A DNA stretch of 64,000 nt from Zootoca vivipara (taxonomy: Eukaryota). The stretch is from assembly GCF_963506605.1 (NCBI RefSeq), contig NC_083277.1, positions 41,912,001 to 41,976,000 of the forward strand. The letters are read 5' to 3'. Shown piece by piece: positions 12,901 through 21,355 of this stretch. The notes below the pieces were generated by a model that was not told the origin of the DNA, did no database searches, and saw nothing but the letters and a program-made list of their open reading frames with translations. Each line of letters begins with the position of its first letter. The stretch's first letter is position 1. The position numbers and the translations under genes were made by a program.

Positions 12901-15301
12901 CCACAGTGCCACCTGGGTCCACCTGAGCTGAATGTAGCACTCTCTTATTGCATTTTGTCTATAAGATCTGAAACATCCAATCTACAACACTGCAATAAAC
13001 ATTTATAAACAACTACCGGTATTTTAAATTTTTGTTGTTTAATCGTTTAGTGGTGTCCGACTCTTCGTGACCCCACGGACCAGAGCACGCCAGGCACTCC
13101 TGTCGTCCACTGCCTCCTGCAGCTTGGTCAAACTCATGTTGGTAGCTTCGAGAACTCTGTCCAACCATCTCGTCCTCTGTCGTCCCCTTCTCCTTGTGCC
13201 CTCAATCTTTCCCAACATAAGGGTCTTTTCCAGGGAGTCTTCTCTTCTCATGAGGTAGCCAAAGTATTGGAGCCCCAGCTTCAGGATCTGTCCTTCCAGT
13301 GAGCACTTAAAAAACCCAGTTACCGGTATTTCACCCAGCAATAAAGGAGAGTCCAAGGCACTCAAAGTCAATGGTCTAAGTAGTCACTAAAAGGTGCTGC
13401 TATTAAAGATATTGCCATTCGGCAGTAGCAGGTAAGTGGTATCTAAATTACAAAACTGAAAACGACAAAATATCCATCCTATCCCATTTATTGTTCTAAT
13501 GTATAAATCTCACCATAACCTACATCTTTCATAAATAGTACTGCCTCAGATTACTGCCCACCAGTTAGCTTAGCATGTGCATCTGTCAAAGTGTAATGAT
13601 GAGCCATTCTATGCCATGCCTCCCTAGACATTGCAATTGCAAGTGGAAGCAAGCATTTCGTAGACCCCAATGCCATCCATCCACAGAGGGGTGCCAAATA
13701 CATCAAAACTACCTGTTCAGGAGGATTTGCAGAAAAAAAAGCTTTACAATCATTGTAAAAAAAGTAAAGGGACCCCCTGACTATTAGGTCCAGTCATGAC
13801 CGACTCTGGGATTGCGCGCTCATCTCGCATTATTGGCCGAGGGAGCCGGCGTACAGCTTCCAGGTCATGTGGCCAGCATGACAAAGCCTATTAGCTAAAA
13901 AGAATGCCTTATGAAATCTTCCTTCCAGTACTGAAAACTACAGCTTTTAAAGTGAAAAATGAGGTGCAGAGGCTCCCCCAAATAAACTTGTGAATTGCTA
14001 CATTACATCTTTACAAATGCACTTGGGTAAATGCACAAATGAACACCACAAAGCATATAAATTACCTGTAGCAGAACATTAAACTTAAAAGTATTAAACT
14101 TGCCCCAAATACTAAATAAAAAAATTCCTTCAGTAGCACCTTAAAGACCAACTAAGTTTTTATTTTGGCATGAGCTTTCGTGTGCATGTACACTTCATCA
14201 GTGTATCTGATGAAGTGTGCATGCACACGAAAGCTCATACCAAAATAAAAATTTAGTTGGTCTTTAAGGTGCTACTGAAGGAATTTTTTTATTTTGTTTC
14301 GACTCAGACCAACACGGCTACCTACCTGTAACCCAAATACTAAGTCAAAATAACGCTTATCTTTCTAAATAGATTGATGACAGAGACAGCTCATTATTTA
14401 AATTCAATGTGATCATTTGGGAAACGTCTCTAACAATAAAAACATCCCCAAATTTCATTAAATGACCTGAACTCCTAATTCTATTACCCCATGAATCAAA
14501 TTTGATGTACACACATCAGAAGCTTATTTTGCAACACAAAAACAAAAAAGGAGATATTTTAAAATCTGCATAATGGTGGCAAGTTGGCAACTTCTGCCCA
14601 ATCTCACTTTAGCTCAACTATAAACTTAAGAGCTCTGGGACTACCACCACAAATGTTTCGGAAAACATGTTTCCTCCTGTTTTTTTGGACTGTGTTCCCA
14701 GAACGCTACCAAGCAAGATGTGGTCAGTACTTCACGCCTAAAAAGAACTGCACCGCTTGACTTCAGAAAGAAACCCTGCTCCTTCTTATGAAGTCTTAGA
14801 AAGGCTGCTCGGCGCGCAGGAAAAAAGACTCTGCATGTGCTCAGAGGCACGTTTTATTTTTCCCTCAAAGGACATGGCCAATGTGGGGATATGGGAGCGT
14901 AAGTGGCGATGCTGTCAAAATGAGCACCGCCCCAGCAACAGCAGCGGTATGTGTGGCGTGTGTGAAGGTTGGGTGTGTGTGTGTGTGCAACCCACTATAT
15001 CTGCAGAATGTCACGATTTGCGCTTCCATCGCCGGCAGCTCTCAGCCACTAGGCCTCGCCCGGCTGGTGAAATGGGCTGCCTGGACGGGCGCTGTGACCT
15101 TCGCGGGCGGCTTCCCCACAGGCTCCGCACACTCCCCGCTTCGTCCGCTCCCCGCTCTACCCACCACCGCCGCCCCTTCCTCCTTCTTTTCTACCCCGTC
15201 AGAGGCCCACCCGGTCAGGCACTCACCGGAGCGTGAGGACCCCGCAGAAGGGCCCGGCTGGCCACACAACCCGCTGCCCGGCACACAGAGGACGCCGCCA
15301 T
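838..15301 (-). CDS. UQCRC1: UQCRC1 gene span in window (coding exons 1-10, 1219 nt spliced; last exons lie left of the window)
   Basis: Ten GT-AG exons splice in frame: [11 protein letters not shown]...[12 protein letters not shown]...[24 protein letters not shown]...HATAYQGT...[14 protein letters not shown]...CRFTGSEIR...[16 protein letters not shown]...WMRLCTSVT. These are typical M16-family complex III core 1 motifs, and the gene is adjacent to SLC26A6. Confidence 0.97.
1370..1530 (-). CDS. UQCRC1: UQCRC1 exon 9
   Basis: [54 protein letters not shown] (161 nt). Confidence 0.95.
2606..2778. mobile_element. GC-rich hAT MITE (CAGGGCCG TIR)
   Basis: CAGGGCCGGCTCTAG...CTTAAGACGGCCCTG; imperfect 8-bp flanks. 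Confidence 0.7.
2824..2965. mobile_element. Palindromic hAT MITE (URR1-like)
   Basis: TIR CAGGCATCCCCAAACT; TSD GACTAGAG. Confidence 0.85.
3419..3562 (-). CDS. UQCRC1: UQCRC1 exon 8
   Basis: [48 protein letters not shown] (144 nt), donor gtaagt. Confidence 0.96.
4019..4134 (-). CDS. UQCRC1: UQCRC1 exon 7
   Basis: [38 protein letters not shown] (116 nt). Confidence 0.95.
4842..4921 (-). CDS. UQCRC1: UQCRC1 exon 6
   Basis: [26 protein letters not shown] (80 nt), cattag|...|gtcggt. Confidence 0.95.
5795..5993 (-). CDS. UQCRC1: UQCRC1 exon 5
   Basis: [31 protein letters not shown]...[19 protein letters not shown] (199 nt); overlaps ORF 5791..6081. Confidence 0.96.
7321..7469 (-). ncRNA. Candidate box H/ACA snoRNA in UQCRC1 intron 4
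   Basis: About 148 nt on the host strand: hairpin (AATTGCACTTCC/GGAAGCAATT lower stem, TGGCTT/AAGCCA apex), then H box ACATGA (7394-7399), second hairpin (CAGT/ACTG, CTTGG/CCAAG), then ACA+AAT at the 3' end. Confidence 0.5.
7603..7732 (-). CDS. UQCRC1: UQCRC1 exon 4
   Basis: [43 protein letters not shown] (130 nt), AG/GT flanks. Confidence 0.96.
8015..8363 (-). mobile_element. Sauria SINE, full length
   Basis: tRNA-like head, (ACCTTT)n tail, 14-bp TSD TTCTCCCTGCATGT. Confidence 0.9.
9238..9324 (-). CDS. UQCRC1: UQCRC1 exon 3
   Basis: tgtcag|...|gtgagg; [29 protein letters not shown] (87 nt). Confidence 0.96.
9696..10855. mobile_element. hAT-Charlie non-autonomous element containing a pyrimidine-rich tract and an assembly gap
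   Basis: TIR CA(C/G)GGGTGTCAAAC; 8-bp TSD TCTTAGGC. Confidence 0.8.
10254..10388. other. Assembly gap (N run)
   Basis: Run of n following CT-rich low-complexity sequence. Confidence 0.99.
12042..12182 (-). CDS. UQCRC1: UQCRC1 exon 2
   Basis: ttctttag|...|gtaagc; [47 protein letters not shown] (141 nt). Confidence 0.95.
12566..12922 (-). mobile_element. Sauria SINE, full length
   Basis: Near-identical to 8015-8363; 14-bp TSD CTGAGCTGAATGTA. Confidence 0.9.
13033..13307 (-). mobile_element. BovB 3' fragment
   Basis: Encodes [32 protein letters not shown]...SRTPLND, matching the end of the 43.4-44.8 kb copy. Confidence 0.92.
13762..13888 (-). mobile_element. Sauria SINE 3' fragment
   Basis: Matches the 3' third of the 8.0 and 12.6 kb copies. 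Confidence 0.85.
14116..14331. mobile_element. Penelope-like palindromic insertion carrying a minimal hammerhead ribozyme
   Basis: About 88-bp inverted arms, 12-bp TSD CCCAAATACTAA (14104-14115 / 14332-14343), shared tail cagaccaacacggctacctacctgtaac. Confidence 0.8.
14203..14240 (+). ncRNA. Minimal type I hammerhead ribozyme (PLE type)
   Basis: GTAT-CTGATGA-A-GTGTGCATGCACAC-GAAA-GC-TC-ATAC: stem I GTAT/ATAC, stem II palindrome, loopless stem III. Confidence 0.75.
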
Positions 15302-15660
15302 CTTGCCGCCTTAACCCCGGCAGCTCGGCAGGAGGAGAGGGAAGAGCGCGTGCGCGGGAGGAGGAAGGGGGGGAAATCAGAGCTGAAGCGAGACATACGC
15401 ATGCGCAGGATAAAGATGGTAGGTCCCGTAGTCGTCGTAAAGGGACTGTCTGTATTAAGAGGGAGTCACCAGAATGAGAGAGAGAGTTAAGAGTCACACA
15501 CACAGGCTAAACTTACGGTAAAAGATTGAAGGCCGCCGTTGGTCACGAGCCTCTTCTATGGGCGTCGCTCGCTTGCGTCATTAGAGGGAAGAGGCATATA
15601 CCTCGCATGGGAAGCCTGAGTGGAAAACTTGTTCCATTTTAGACCGGAAGTGTGTCAAGA
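15030..15660 (-). promoter_or_regulatory. CpG island / UQCRC1 promoter with NRF1, GABP(ETS), CRE-half and YY1 motifs
   Basis: High CpG density; NRF1-type ACGCATGCGCA 15397-15407 and GCGCGTGCGCG 15346-15356; ACCGGAAGTG 15643-15652; TGCGTCA 15574-15580; YY1 CCGCCATCTT overlapping the ATG. Confidence 0.8.
15227..15301 (-). CDS. UQCRC1: UQCRC1 exon 1 (mitochondrial presequence [25 protein letters not shown])
   Basis: Kozak-like AAGATGG start, donor CCG|gtgagt, 75 nt phase 0, inside a CpG island. Confidence 0.93.
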
Positions 15661-16877
15661 GAAGCTAGCAGTGTTTTTGGCGAATCTTCTACCTCTATGA
15701 GGGCATAGGTCCATGCTTTTTCTTTCAAAGTTAGTCCAGAATCTCACCCCCTGCTTGTGTGTTTCCGTGTTTCCGAAGATTTAATTCTTTCTCTTAAAAC
15801 ATAAAAAGTCAGAGATAGGGAGCTGAAGAAAAGAAGAACCCATCTCATTAAATGGACAGGCCATTGGTAAAATCTTCCGCCGTCCTGGAAGAGAGGATTT
15901 ATAACGGGGTTCCAAATTGGGTCTTTGACCAGGGTGAAATAAAGCCTAGTTTCGCCTCTGCCTTTTCCTCTGACAGAGACTCAAAGCAGCTTACTGCTAA
16001 AATAAAAGCAGCTAAAAACGGGGAAAGCAATCATTAAAAAAACAACCAATCAATCAAACATTAATAGAATCAAACTTCTAAAAATTCATCTCGTTACCCT
16101 CATTCTAATCCAAACGGGAAAATATTAAAACGTCCCCCCCTCCACCTGTTGCACAAAAGGTTCTTCAAGGCAGTGGTACCTGCAACATGATGTTTCAGTG
16201 TAGAGCATTGATGTTCAGGGTTTGGTAGTGGCTGTGTTTAGTGAGATGGAGCTATGAAGCCACCATCCTGACACTTGTGCTGCTCCTGCTTTCCTGGATG
16301 GGGCTGGGGGCAGGGCAATGGTGCAGTTGGGGCAGGCACCCCTGCCGGTTCAACTACACAGCCCTGATCTCGATGCCACCTTGCCCCAAACCTGTTAAAA
16401 AAAAATGTCAGGAGGGTGGCTCCATCCCAACATATGCGGTGCTCCTCTCAGTGTTTTATGCTCTCTTCTGGGATATTCCATTCCGTTCCATCTGGCCCCT
16501 CCTGATTTTCCGTTCTTTCCCACAACTGCCATGCCACATTCTGTGGTTGCTGAGCACTTTGGGTCCTCTTTGGGCTGCTTATTCTTAAAGAAGTCTGGAA
16601 ACCCCTTTTTGCTATGAGCAGGGTTATTTGGAGACAATAAATCTGTTCTTGTCCATTTTAAACAATTTTCTTAGTTATAGCATTTATGCTTACCCTTTTC
16701 TCCAAGGAGCTGAACGCGGCATATGTGATTCTGCCCTTCCTCATTTAATCCTCACAACAACCCTGTGACGTAGGTTAGGCTGAGAGGCAGTGACTGGCCC
16801 AAAGTCGCCCAGAGAGCTTCTCGGCCAAGTGCACATTTGAACTCTGGCCTCTCAGATCCTTGTCCAACACTCTAACC

Positions 16878-17041
16878 CAGGGCCAGCTCTAGGTAGACCC
16901 CTGGTGGCGCAGTGAGCCAGGGCGCCGGGCCGGTAAGCAGGGCGCCGCGCGGAAACCATGCTGCGCCCTGCGAGGGCAGGGGTGCCGGAGCGATCTCCGC
17001 CGCTCAGCGCCAGGGCGGCCGACCTGCTCGAGACTGCCCTG
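16878..17041. mobile_element. GC-rich hAT MITE inserted in a MIR-like SINE
   Basis: CAGGGC termini, TSD (C/T)TCTAACC; flanking aatcctcacaacaaccctgtga is MIR-like. Confidence 0.75.
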
Positions 17042-17291
17042 TTCTAACCTACCATACCAGCTTGCAAAACTATTTACCAGGGGAGAGTCCCTATTTCTGC
17101 TATCCATCACCAGCAAACCCTTGACCTTACTTTGCCTCTTGGGGCAGTTTTGGAGACACCACTTTGAAAATGGTTGTCATGTGTGCCACTGTGCGCTAGA
17201 GGCCACTATCTTCCTTTCAGCCACTGCTACAACTGCTTATTGAGATGAGTTGCAACTATTCTATAATAAGCACAAATAGATTCAGAGTAAA

Positions 17292-17330
17292 ACATGGGGT
17301 CACGAAGAGTCGGACACGACTAAACAACAA
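17292..17330 (+). mobile_element. BovB extreme 3' end
   Basis: catggggtcacgaagagtcggacacgactaaacaacaa. Confidence 0.75.
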
Positions 17331-17572
17331 GAAGACTAAACATTATCAAACTTTTTTTAAAAAAGGAAACAGTGGTGGATTCAGAAATAAAATATAAAAT
17401 AAAACAAAAACTGGACAGGAGATTTCTCAGAAAACCTATAGAGTTTACAGTAGACAGGAAATAGCCTTGACCAGTGTTGCAGCAGTTGGGGGCGTGTGTG
17501 TTAGCATAGTCACTTAAGTAATGCAAAAATTCCTTCAGTAGCACCTTAAAGACCAACTAAGTTTTTATTTTG

Positions 17573-17610
17573 GTATGAGCTTTCGTGTGCATGCACACTT
17601 CTTCAGATAC
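17573..17610 (-). ncRNA. Minimal type I hammerhead ribozyme (PLE type), inverted copy
   Basis: Exact reverse complement of 17636-17673. Confidence 0.75.
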
Positions 17611-17635
17611 AGTGAAATGGAACTTCCATTTCACT

Positions 17636-17673
17636 GTATCTGAAGAAGTGTGCATGCACACGAAAGCTCATAC
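17636..17673 (+). ncRNA. Minimal type I hammerhead ribozyme (PLE type)
   Basis: GTAT-CTGAAGA-A-GTGTGCATGCACAC-GAAA-GCTC-ATAC. Confidence 0.75.
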
Positions 17674-18269
17674 CAAAATAAAAACTTAGTTGGTCTTTGA
17701 GGTGCTACTGAAGGAATTTTTTTATTTTACTTCGATCCAGACCAACACGGCTACCTACCTGTAACCAGAACTTAAGTAATGCAGATGGAGTCCAGAGAGA
17801 AAAGAAATATTGACATCGCTTTACTGAAGAAAAAACAGGATAATTGAGCAAGGAACAGAGAGGTTTTGCCTTGCTTTACTTCAGGCCTTGTACAGAGCAG
17901 GGAGACATTCAGCTAAACATGAAGAGGAAAGCTCCTTCAGAACTACCCTACCAATTATGGCACGTGCTACCTCATCAAATATCATACCACTATGCATGGT
18001 TGCTAAGCAATACCTCCAACTGTCTGCCTCTTGGCTAGTTGACTTACCCTTAGACTGCACATGGAATGAGCTCTGCTGTTGCACTTTGCACAGGGGGTAG
18101 AGCTGGTGTTGTTGCTGCTTACTTGGACAGGGTAGGATAGGTGCTGGGGAGATCAAGGCTGCATGGGTGCACCGGTGAGAGAGCCAAATTGGTCCCAATG
18201 GGGCACCTCTGTAGCCTGAACCTCACCACCACCAGCCCTGTACAAGTTAGCATTTGTGTCACTGGTGTC

Positions 18270-18631
18270 AGGGGGGTGGCACTGTAGTCTAAACCACTGA
18301 GCCTCTTGGGCATGCCGATTGGAAAGTCAGTGGTTCAAATCCCCATGGCGGAGTAAGCTCCCGTTGCTCTGTCCCAGCTCCTGCCAACCTAGCAGTTTGT
18401 AAGCATGCCAGTGCATGGGTACCGCTGTGGTGGGAAGGTAAACGGTGCGCTCTGGTTTCTGTCAGGGTGTGGCGTTGCGCCAGAAGCGGTTTAGTCATGC
18501 TGGCCACATGACCCAGAAAGCTGTCTGTGGACAAACGCCGGCTTCCTCGGCCTGAAAGCAAGATGAGCCCCATAACCCCATAATCGCCTTTGACTGCTTA
18601 ACCGTGCAGGGGTCCTTCACCTTTTACCTTT
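18270..18631 (+). mobile_element. Sauria SINE (more diverged)
   Basis: ggtggcactgtagtctaaaccactgagcc...gtcatgctggccacatgacc...ccttttaccttt. Confidence 0.85.
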
Positions 18632-20573
18632 CTTCCCCATCATCAGTGCTGCTACTGCCAATGTGCAAAGTGGGATATTAGCATACCTTCCAACACCTCA
18701 ACAGCAAAATCCTGAGACACAATCTTCATGGACGTCATGATCTCACACATTTTCACACCCTGATTTCTCCCTGAAAAAAGCACTTTTCTTAGGCACGGTG
18801 CCTTAAACCACACGATTTGGGTGCTGAGCGAGATCACTGCCCCAGGAAATATCATGGTGAGAAATTGCCCAAGACCGCTGCTTCCAAAATGTCAGGCATT
18901 CTCTCACGAGAAAAAAACACCAGGATGTCCTGGTTTTTCTGGGACATTTGCGGGGTATGGGATGGAGGACTCAGACAATGGCCCTTGCTGTAAGAACCAG
19001 TTTGTAGTGCATGTGCACACACAATAGACTTGCCTGGGCAGGCCTGAGACATTTTGCTGCCTGAGACAGAGCTTAGTGCAGTCACAGTGCCCAAAGGGTG
19101 ATCAGCTACAACTAATCATTGGCAGGGGTAGCTTGCCCACAGTGTTTCATGTGCTGGTAACCTTGTGTTTGCATTGCTGCAATGTGCTCTAAGTGGGGCT
19201 GCTTTTGAGCTTGGTTTGGAAGTTTTGGTTATTGCGGAACACCGTGGCTGAGCCAGGGGCGAGGAACCTTTTTCAGCCTGAGGGCAGAGGCAGTTTTAGG
19301 GTAGCACAACCAGTGTGGTGGTACTGGGCGCCACACTGCAGGGGATGCCACAAGAATACTGTAGAACAGAGCTCGAGAGGTGGGGTGTGTGTGAATTTTA
19401 GCGTAGCAAAGGGCACCGCTGAAATTTCAGATCCCAAAGTCCACCACTGCTGAGGGCCACATTTCCTCTCAAGCAACCTTCTCATATCTCTGCTGCATCA
19501 ATGTGTTTTGCTGCTGTCAATGTTTTAAAATGTTATATTATTTTGCATTATGTGCTTTGTCAGTTATTTGTGCCCTACTTTGAGATAATTTTTTAAAAAA
19601 AATAAAGAGCAGGTTAGAAATCTTCTAAATAAATAAATTATATTTTTGCCTTCCCACCCCCAGCACAACCACTCAATTGGGCACCGAAGCCAAAAATTCC
19701 TGGTGAATTAATTATGAAAGCCTTTTATGTATTATTTAGGTCGTATTCAATTTATTTTGTCTCAGCAGTCAAATGTAATGTCATTTGCGTCTTTGGGATT
19801 TGGGCAAAATTCTGAGTCACTGGAGGGGACTTAAATAGAGGTGGGGGGTTCTCAAAGGAGCACATCAATCATCCAAATTAAAACAATGTAAGGCTTGTTT
19901 AAGATGGGGGGAGCTAGTAAAAACAAAGCAGGGACAAGGTTGAATAAAACCCAGGATTAGATTTATAGCAATTTATCATCCCTGACCTCTAGCATTTACA
20001 GTATCTGAAAAGAAGTTATCTTCTGGCAGCTTTGAGGCCGAAATCCAAAGGTCGCTTGCCAGAATGTATAGAGATTATTATTATTTCTCCATTAGCAACT
20101 CTGCAGACACTGAAACATTAAAAGTACACTTACATTGTTTACCTGCAATCCCATATAGCTACTTGCATGGGAGGAAGTCATATTGAACTAAATCAGGCTC
20201 TCTTCTGCATAGCAGCGGCATGGAGCCCTTTTTAGCCTGAGGTCCACATTCCCTTGTTGGCAACCTGCTTGGGGCCACTTGCAAATTGTGGGTATGGCAA
20301 GAAGCAAAAGTGGGTGTAGCAATGGGTGTGAACATTCCCATTGTCCAGTCGGCACTCAGGCAGAACAAAAATGTATGTCCGAAATATTTTCTGCAATTAC
20401 ATCAGTTGTTTGTCGCACTCTGCTAAATGTATACCTCATACAAAATGGACAAGGACATTTGGCATATAAGATTCTGCATATCGAAAACAAATTAAGAGCT
20501 GGGCACCAGCACACCCCACCCATTCCAGTGGGTTCTTTCACATGAAATCTCTCTTAGGTCAGTCTTCCATTCA

Positions 20574-20579
20574 TTTATT
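20574..20579 (-). terminator. Probable SLC26A6 polyadenylation signal AATAAA
   Basis: AATAAA on the minus strand about 750 nt after the stop codon. Confidence 0.55.
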
Positions 20580-21138
20580 GTTTCCATACAAATCTAATTT
20601 TCCAGAAGCAGTAATATTCCTCTTGACCTTGCCTCCTGTACGTTGTCTCAGCAAGCTGTAGTTAGGGTCTATTGAAATGGGGCAAGTTCAAAGATATGAA
20701 GCTGCTTTATACAGAGTCTGTCTAGAGTAGACCCACCTTTTCTGGTCTGGATGATGGCGGCTCTCCAACAGGTCCTTTTTATCACTGATTACATGATCCT
20801 TGTAACTGGAGATGCCACGGACGTGGTTTTAAAATTGCAATCCAGGAGAGGAGGAGTAAGGAGGGACTCAAGTCCCGCAGAGGGAATATGTTAGTGTTCT
20901 GCCTCTCCAGCTTGATAGGGCCTTCGACACAGGTAGAGAATACTGCAGGTGACCCTGTGCTTCACCAAATTAATTGGCAGGATTCAGTGGAAAAATCCAA
21001 AAGCAGTCATAGCGACAAGTGAGGCACTTCTAATGTCTGAAAGGGGTCTCTCCCCTGCCCTTGGCAGGAATTGTGGAGTCTTGAAGTAGGTGGGCAGGAA
21101 GGCCCTCAACCGAGTCTCCGTTTCTTGAAGGTCCCAGT

Positions 21139-21142
<4 letters not shown>

Positions 21143-21219
<77 letters not shown>
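21143..21219. repeat. (CT)n microsatellite in the SLC26A6 3' UTR
   Basis: Direct observation. Confidence 0.95.
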
Positions 21220-21221
<2 letters not shown>

Positions 21222-21331
21222 CCCAATGGTGGAGAATTCCACATAACTATTTTGAAAAAGGCAATTCATACAGTCATCTGAAAAGGTGCTGGCTCCTCTG
21301 TGAGAAGTGGAGGAGCAGATGATTCCACTGG

Positions 21332-21355
21332 TTACATTTTAGTGGCGTTGTTGTC
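21332..21355 (-). CDS. SLC26A6: SLC26A6 terminal coding exon (DNNATKM*; class I PDZ-binding motif)
   Basis: Strong acceptor ttcttcatcttcacag, phase 0; the T-x-hydrophobic C-terminus parallels mammalian TRL/TKL. Confidence 0.85.
   Translation of the reverse strand, partial: DNNATKM

Larger units (their letters stand above)
17526..17769. mobile_element. Penelope-like palindromic insertion with two intact hammerhead motifs
   Basis: Near-perfect ~97-bp arms with a 1-nt spacer at 17623; 14-bp TSD ACTTAAGTAATGCA (17512-17525 / 17770-17783). Confidence 0.8.

Noticed and set aside
14757-15503. Overlapping 150-200 aa ORFs
   Set aside because: These arise from a stop-poor CpG island. The real coding part is only UQCRC1 exon 1.
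16241-16588. 115-aa + strand ORF with a signal-peptide-like hydrophobic start and cysteines
   Set aside because: It starts at GTG, belongs to no family I recognise, and has no splice or codon evidence.
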